From Gammaproteobacteria bacterium (GTDB lineage: Bacteria > Pseudomonadota > Gammaproteobacteria > Chromatiales > Chromatiaceae), in assembly GCA_020445255.1 (NCBI GenBank), contig JAGRGY010000049.1, forward strand, positions 18,789 through 82,788: 64,000 nt of DNA. Reading direction: 5' to 3'. The notes under the pieces are model-generated. The model made no database searches. It saw only the letters and a list, made by a program, of their open reading frames with translations, and was not told where the DNA came from. The translations under genes were made by a program, and so were the position numbers. Positions 55,177 through 64,000 of the stretch are shown one piece after another (the first letter of the stretch is position 1; each line of letters begins with the position of its first letter).

Positions 55177-56610
55177 GTGATGATGCGTGCCGTACGGACA
55201 CAACATCGCGTTGCCATCGCACTCGCCGGCGCACTGATTGCCGCCGGGGCGGTCGCGCTGTTCATGCTGCTGCGACAGCCACCGCCGAGCACGCTGGAGC
55301 GCATTCGCGCCAGCGGTTTGCTGGTGGTCGCGACCCGCATCGCACCGACAACCTATTTCGCTGGCGCAGACGGACCCGATGGGTTCACGCATGCCCTGGT
55401 GGAGGCATTCGCGCAGGAACTTGGTGTTCGCGTGCGCTTCGAGTTTCCGCCCACGCTCGACGCCCTGCTGGACGACGTCGCCGGTGCCCGTGTGCACATG
55501 GCCGCCGCCGGCCTCGGCGTAACCGATGCGCGACGCCGGCGCATGCGGTTCTCCCAGCCGTTCGCGGACGTCGAGGAGCAACTGGTCTACCGACGCGGTA
55601 CAAGCAGACCAAAGCAGATCGACGATGTCGGCCCTGGTGAGCTGCACGTCGTCGCCGGGTCGAGCCAGGAGGAACTATTGCAACAGCTGCGCGCCAACGG
55701 TCACCCGAACCTCAGCTGGACCCCGCATGCCGACACCGACACGCAATCGCTGCTCGCGGCGGTCGACAGGGGCGAGTTGCGCCTGACGCTGGCGGACGCC
55801 AATTCCGTCGATCTGAACCGCCGCATCTATCGCCACGTCGCGGTCGCGTTTGCGCTCGCAGACAGCAAACCTATTGCGTGGGCATTTCCGCGCAGCGGCG
55901 ACGACAGCCTGCGCCGGGCCGCCGACTGTTTCCTGCGATCGGCACAGCGCGGCGACCTGCTACAGCGCCTGCAGGCGCGCTACTTCGGCCACACCGGACG
56001 GCTCAACTTCGTCGACTCGCGCGACTTCTGGCGCGATGTCCGGGACCGGCTGCCGGCCCTTCGCTCACTTTTCGAACGTGCCGCCGAGATCACCGGCATC
56101 GACTGGCGCCTGCTCGCCGCGATCGGGTACCAGGAGTCGCACTGGCGCAGCGACGCGGTGTCGCCGACCGGTGTCAGGGGCATCATGATGTTGACGCAGG
56201 CCACTGCGCAGCAGATGGACATCGATGACCGCGACGATCCGGAACAGAGCATCATCGGCGGCGCGCGCTACCTGCGCGTCGTGGAGGAGAAGATCCCCGA
56301 ACGCATCGCCGAGCCCAACCGGCTGTGGCTGACGCTGGCCGGGTACAACATCGGCTTCGGCCATCTTGAGGACGCGCGCGTACTGACCGAACGCGGGGGC
56401 GCCAATCCCGACCTGTGGATGGAGGTCAAGCAGCGCCTGCCGATGCTGGCACGCAAACCGCACTACGAAACGGTCAAACACGGCTTCGCGCGCGGTCAGG
56501 AGCCGGTCGACTATGTCGACAACATCCGCAACTACTACGACATGCTGGTGTGGTTCACCGGCACCGCCGACGAGGCGACGCGCGCGTACCTGTTTGCCGA
56601 ATCGAACTGA
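55177..56610 (+). CDS. mltF: membrane-bound lytic murein transglycosylase F
   Basis: An N-terminal solute-binding-like domain and a C-terminal SLT domain (AIGYQESHWRSDAVSPTGVRGIMMLT...AGYNIGFGH). The start is GTG 55177 or ATG 55180/55183. Confidence 0.9.
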   Translation: MMMRAVRTQHRVAIALAGALIAAGAVALFMLLRQPPPSTLERIRASGLLVVATRIAPTTYFAGADGPDGFTHALVEAFAQELGVRVRFEFPPTLDALLDDVAGARVHMAAAGLGVTDARRRRMRFSQPFADVEEQLVYRRGTSRPKQIDDVGPGELHVVAGSSQEELLQQLRANGHPNLSWTPHADTDTQSLLAAVDRGELRLTLADANSVDLNRRIYRHVAVAFALADSKPIAWAFPRSGDDSLRRAADCFLRSAQRGDLLQRLQARYFGHTGRLNFVDSRDFWRDVRDRLPALRSLFERAAEITGIDWRLLAAIGYQESHWRSDAVSPTGVRGIMMLTQATAQQMDIDDRDDPEQSIIGGARYLRVVEEKIPERIAEPNRLWLTLAGYNIGFGHLEDARVLTERGGANPDLWMEVKQRLPMLARKPHYETVKHGFARGQEPVDYVDNIRNYYDMLVWFTGTADEATRAYLFAESN

Positions 56611-56624
56611 TCGGGCAGTGGCAT

Positions 56625-57578
56625 TTACCGGGCCAACGCCTCGGCCTCCATCGACAGGAACACCTGATAGGCATTGCGCCGGTTCGCGGCCTCAAACGCT
56701 GGCAACTGCTCGAAGCGGCTCCAGTCGGCCTCCGAATAGGCGCTGTCGAACTCGCGCAACTCGTCGACCGCGGCACCCATGACCTCGCGCAGGTAGGCCA
56801 GGTATTCGCGCGTACCGGCGATTGCGGCGACCGGGTCGCTGGCCGCCGGGCCGTGGCCTGGAATCAGCGCGCTCAGATCGTTGGTCTCAAGCGCCTCGAG
56901 AGTTTCGAGCCAGCGCTTGGTGTTGGCGTCGCCGACATACGGCACGCGCCCCTCGAAAATGATGTCGCCCGAGAACAACACGCGATCCGGCTTCACGTAC
57001 ATCGTCATATCGCCGTCGGAATGCGCGCTGCCGAGGTAGTTGATCTGGAAATCGACACCACCCAGCGAGAAGGCGAATTCGCGTTCGACCACGCGATCAG
57101 GTTTGACCAGACGGGTGTCGTCGTTTACCCATGGATACAGGGATACACGCCGCTCGTCGATGCGGTTCTTCGCTGCCGGTGAATCGAGATATTCGTAGGC
57201 ACCGCGCGGCGCGATGATCTCTGCGCCTTCGTCCTTGAACACCTGCAGGCCGTAGATATGGTCGGCATGGTAGTGGCTGACAACAACCTTGACCACCGGC
57301 TTGTCGGTCACGCTGGCGATATGCTTGCGCAGCTCCCATCCGAGTGACGGCGACCCGAGCGAGTCGAACACGACCACGCCGGCATCGGTCACGACGAACC
57401 CGGCATTGGATATGAACCCCTCGTTCTCGGTCGCGGTACCCGGCGCGCCAACGACGTAGTAGCAATGTTCGCCGACCCTGTGCAGCGGCATGTCGACCGA
57501 TACCGGTGGATACTTGTTTTCGGCTGTCGCCGCAGTCGCGAACAGCAGGCCCGCCAACAGGATCACTACGTGGTTCAT
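56625..57578 (-). CDS. periplasmic MBL-fold metallo-hydrolase
   Basis: HxHxDH motif (VVSHYHADHIYG). ATG at 57578 is preceded by GGAGA and followed by a signal peptide (MNHVVILLAGLLFATAATA). The tracked 466-aa ORF is over-extended through tadA. Confidence 0.8.
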   Translation of the reverse strand: MNHVVILLAGLLFATAATAENKYPPVSVDMPLHRVGEHCYYVVGAPGTATENEGFISNAGFVVTDAGVVVFDSLGSPSLGWELRKHIASVTDKPVVKVVVSHYHADHIYGLQVFKDEGAEIIAPRGAYEYLDSPAAKNRIDERRVSLYPWVNDDTRLVKPDRVVEREFAFSLGGVDFQINYLGSAHSDGDMTMYVKPDRVLFSGDIIFEGRVPYVGDANTKRWLETLEALETNDLSALIPGHGPAASDPVAAIAGTREYLAYLREVMGAAVDELREFDSAYSEADWSRFEQLPAFEAANRRNAYQVFLSMEAEALAR

Positions 57579-57619
57579 GGGGCGTCTCTCCGTCATTTGT
57601 TGTCGTCCGACCGCCGCGA

Positions 57620-59669
<2,050 letters not shown>

Positions 59670-59784
59670 ACGACAGTGTTCCAGAATTCCATGGCCAGGT
59701 GTGTGTGCCGCGAGCCCTTCAGACTACCGTCGTGCAGACAGGCGGCAGTCGATCGCCGTACATACGGTGCGGCAGTCGTCGGCA

Positions 59785-61347
<1,563 letters not shown>

Positions 61348-61411
61348 TCACGCCCGGATTCCGTGATTCGCGGCGTCAGACACGTTTCGCCCGCCCGGGA
61401 ACATCGGCCCT

Positions 61412-62776
61412 ATGACAGTCAGCAACGGCGGCAGCCGCGACATCTACTCGGTCAGTCGCCTCAATGCCGAGGCCAGGGCCGTGCTCGAAGGCAGTTTCCC
61501 GCTGCTGTGGGTCGAGGGAGAGATCTCCAACCTGTCGGCACCGCGTTCCGGTCACCTGTATTTCAGCCTGAAAGACTCGCACGCGCAGGTGCGCTGCGCA
61601 CTGTTTCGCGGCAAACGTCAGCTGTTGCGGTTCGAACCGGGCAACGGCGACCGCGTGCTGGCCCGGGTGCGCCTCAGCTTCTACGAGCCGCGCGGCGAAT
61701 TCCAGCTGCTGATCGAGCACATGGAACCGGCCGGGGCCGGCGACGCCCAGCGCGCATTCGACGCACTCAAGCGCAAACTCGACGCCGAAGGGCTGTTCGA
61801 CCCGAACCGCAAGCGCCCCCTGCCCACCCATCCGCGCCGGATCGGCGTGATCACATCGCCGTCCGGCGCAGCGGTCCGCGACGTGCTGCAGGTGTTGCGC
61901 CGACGTGCGCCACAGATTCCGGTGCTGCTGTTCCCGGCCCAGGTCCAGGGGCGTGACGCACCGGCCGACCTGGTCGCCGCGCTCGAGACCGCGATCGCGC
62001 GCGCCGACTGCGACGTGCTACTGATCACCCGTGGCGGTGGTTCTGTCGAGGACCTTGCCGCGTTCAACGACGAGCACCTTGCGCGCATGATCGCCGAATC
62101 GCCGATCCCGGTCATAAGCGCGGTCGGGCACGAGATCGACTTCACCATCGCCGACTTCGTCGCCGACCGCCGCGCACCGACGCCGTCGGCGGCCGCTGAG
62201 CTGCTGAGCCCGGACAGCGCATCGCTGATCGCCGCCGTCGAGCGTCTGCGACGCCGGCTCGTGACGGGCATGCACCGACGCCAGGCACAACAGACGCGCC
62301 ACCTCGAACAAATCGACCGGCGGCTGCACGTCAACCATCCCGGTTCGAGGTTGCGCCAACAGCAGCAGCGGATCGATGACATTGAACTGCGCCTGCAGCG
62401 CGCCGTGCGCACACGCGCAGACCGCGAACGCCGACGACTGCAGGCAGCGCACCGGCAGCTGCAGCTGCTCAGTCCGGCTGCCCGCCTGTCGGGTTATCGA
62501 CAACGGCTGACGCCGCTGCGCACGCGCCTCGACGCGGCCACCGGCACCGCACTCAGGCGCCGGCGGACCGCATTCGATGCCCTGGTCCGCGAACTGCATG
62601 CGGTCAGCCCGCTGGCGACGCTGCAGCGCGGCTACAGCGTGCTGCGCGATCCGGTGTCGCGGCGCGTGGTGTCGTCGGTCACCCAGGTCCGGCCGGGCGA
62701 CCGACTGCATGCGCTGCTTGCCGACGGGCAGCTGGCCGTTTCGATCGAGGGGATCGGGGCCGACGACGCAGACTAG
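61412..62776 (+). CDS. xseA: exodeoxyribonuclease VII large subunit
   Basis: IYSVSRLNAEARAVLEGSFPLLWVEGEISN...SGHLYFSLKD, RGGGSVEDLAAFNDE and ISAVGHEID. The gene is divergent from guaB, as in E. coli. Confidence 0.95.
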   Translation: MTVSNGGSRDIYSVSRLNAEARAVLEGSFPLLWVEGEISNLSAPRSGHLYFSLKDSHAQVRCALFRGKRQLLRFEPGNGDRVLARVRLSFYEPRGEFQLLIEHMEPAGAGDAQRAFDALKRKLDAEGLFDPNRKRPLPTHPRRIGVITSPSGAAVRDVLQVLRRRAPQIPVLLFPAQVQGRDAPADLVAALETAIARADCDVLLITRGGGSVEDLAAFNDEHLARMIAESPIPVISAVGHEIDFTIADFVADRRAPTPSAAAELLSPDSASLIAAVERLRRRLVTGMHRRQAQQTRHLEQIDRRLHVNHPGSRLRQQQQRIDDIELRLQRAVRTRADRERRRLQAAHRQLQLLSPAARLSGYRQRLTPLRTRLDAATGTALRRRRTAFDALVRELHAVSPLATLQRGYSVLRDPVSRRVVSSVTQVRPGDRLHALLADGQLAVSIEGIGADDAD

Positions 62777-62904
62777 CCTGGATGTTGCACCAGCGACCGG
62801 GATGAACGCGCCGGCCGGGGGGCGGCTGGACGCTGCCTTCGGTCGACCGGTGCGACATGCGGGCTGGGGACTGATTGAGCGCTGCCGGCCTTGGTCCCGG
62901 CGAC

Positions 62905-64000
62905 TTACTTCTTCTTGACGAAGCGCAACATGCGCCCACGCTTCTTGCGCTGACGCTCGGTGAGTGCGTTGCGCTTGCCGGCGAACGGATTTTCTCCGGT
63001 GCGAAACTCGATGCGCAGCGGTGTGCCGCGCAGGTGCAACACGCTGCGGTAACGGTTCATCAGGTAGCGCTGGTAGGCGGCCGGCACCTGCGCGGTCTGG
63101 TTGCCATGAACGACGATGATCGGCGGATTCTTGCCGCCCTGGTGGGCATAGCGCAGCTTGATCCTGCGCCCCTGCACGAGCGGTGGTTGGTGCTCGCTGA
63201 CGGCGTCTTCGAGGATACGTGTCAACTGCGGCGTCTTCAGGTCGATCGTCGCAGCGGCGTAGGCGGCATCCACTGCATCCAACAGATGGCCGACACCGCT
63301 GCCGTGCAGCGCCGAGACGAAACGCCAGTCGGCGAAATCGAGGAACGGCAGTCGGCGCTGCATCTCGCTCTTGATACGATCGCGCTCGTCGCCCGACAGG
63401 CCGTCCCACTTGTTGATGACGACGACCAGCGCCCGCCCACTGTCGACGACGTGCCCGGCCAGTCCCGCGTCCTGCTCGGAGATGCCCTGCTGCGCGTCCA
63501 GCACCAGCATCACGACGTTGGCCTGCTCGATCGCCTGCAGCGTCTTGATCACGCTGAACTTCTCGATCGCCTCGCTGATCCTGGCGCGCCGCCGCACGCC
63601 GGCCGTGTCGATCAGCGTGTAGCGACGATCGCCGGAGACGAACGGGATGAAGATGCTGTCGCGGGTCGTACCCGGCTGGTCGAACGCGACCACGCGCTCC
63701 TCGCCCAGCAGGCGGTTGATCAGCGTGGATTTGCCCACGTTAGGCCGTCCGACCACGGCGATCTGCACCCCCGGCTGGGTCGGTTCGTCCGCGTCGTCGT
63801 CGCGCTCGGGCAGCAGCTCGTACACGCGCTCGACCAGCCCCGCCACGCCACGTCCGTGGGCAGCCGCGATCGGCGCCGGCTCACCCAGTCCAAGCGCATG
63901 GAATTCGCCGGCAACGGCATCGTAGTTCAGGCCGTCGGTCTTGTTGACGACGACCAACATCGGCTTGCCGGTCGGTCGCAGTCCCTCGGCGATGATCTGA
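62905..64000 (-). CDS. der: ribosome-biogenesis GTPase Der (EngA), C-terminal ~365 codons (5' end outside window)
   Basis: The frame is open to the window edge (…[23 protein letters not shown]). The second G domain shows [14 protein letters not shown] and NKWD. It ends in a KH-like basic C-terminus. Confidence 0.93.
   Translation of the reverse strand, partial: QIIAEGLRPTGKPMLVVVNKTDGLNYDAVAGEFHALGLGEPAPIAAAHGRGVAGLVERVYELLPERDDDADEPTQPGVQIAVVGRPNVGKSTLINRLLGEERVVAFDQPGTTRDSIFIPFVSGDRRYTLIDTAGVRRRARISEAIEKFSVIKTLQAIEQANVVMLVLDAQQGISEQDAGLAGHVVDSGRALVVVINKWDGLSGDERDRIKSEMQRRLPFLDFADWRFVSALHGSGVGHLLDAVDAAYAAATIDLKTPQLTRILEDAVSEHQPPLVQGRRIKLRYAHQGGKNPPIIVVHGNQTAQVPAAYQRYLMNRYRSVLHLRGTPLRIEFRTGENPFAGKRNALTERQRKKRGRMLRFVKKK

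Overview
This is a visibly GC-rich chromosomal segment with gammaproteobacterial-type synteny: pcnB-folK and panBC, mltF-tadA, guaBA-xseA-der. I support about 50 protein genes, 2 tRNAs (Val-GAC, Asn-GTT), one clear pseudogene, two hairpins and one striking AT-rich palindrome. I recognised no rRNA, CRISPR array, IS element, integrase or prophage genes.

The housekeeping backbone is trkH, uvrB, an aspartate aminotransferase, pgi/ppc, pcnB-folK-panB-panC, valS, rapA/rdgC, tcdA/selU, hrpB and mltF-tadA-guaA-guaB-xseA-der.

Several loci between these are not ordinary:
- A stand-alone TIR-domain protein with two TM helices, next to tRNA-Val and a decayed zntB.
- Three tandem DUF2173-like paralogs between pcnB and valS.
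- A 1303-aa fusion of a polytopic permease, eleven C-x11-C repeats, an FG-GAP propeller and an UnbV/ASPIC domain, followed by a PEP-CTERM matrixin.
- A translationally coupled secreted S1 protease and FHA-multipass membrane protein.
- A small coiled-coil/basic-linker/winged-helix-like protein behind an AT-rich leader.
- Two overlapping paralogous membrane GTPase-DUF697 genes.
- A perfect 29-bp AT palindrome in front of a small stress-protein operon.
- A pcnB with no canonical start codon upstream of its conserved N-terminus.

Many long ORFs in the six-frame track are GC-driven shadow frames and were discarded. All family assignments come from reading motifs by eye and need HMM or structure confirmation.
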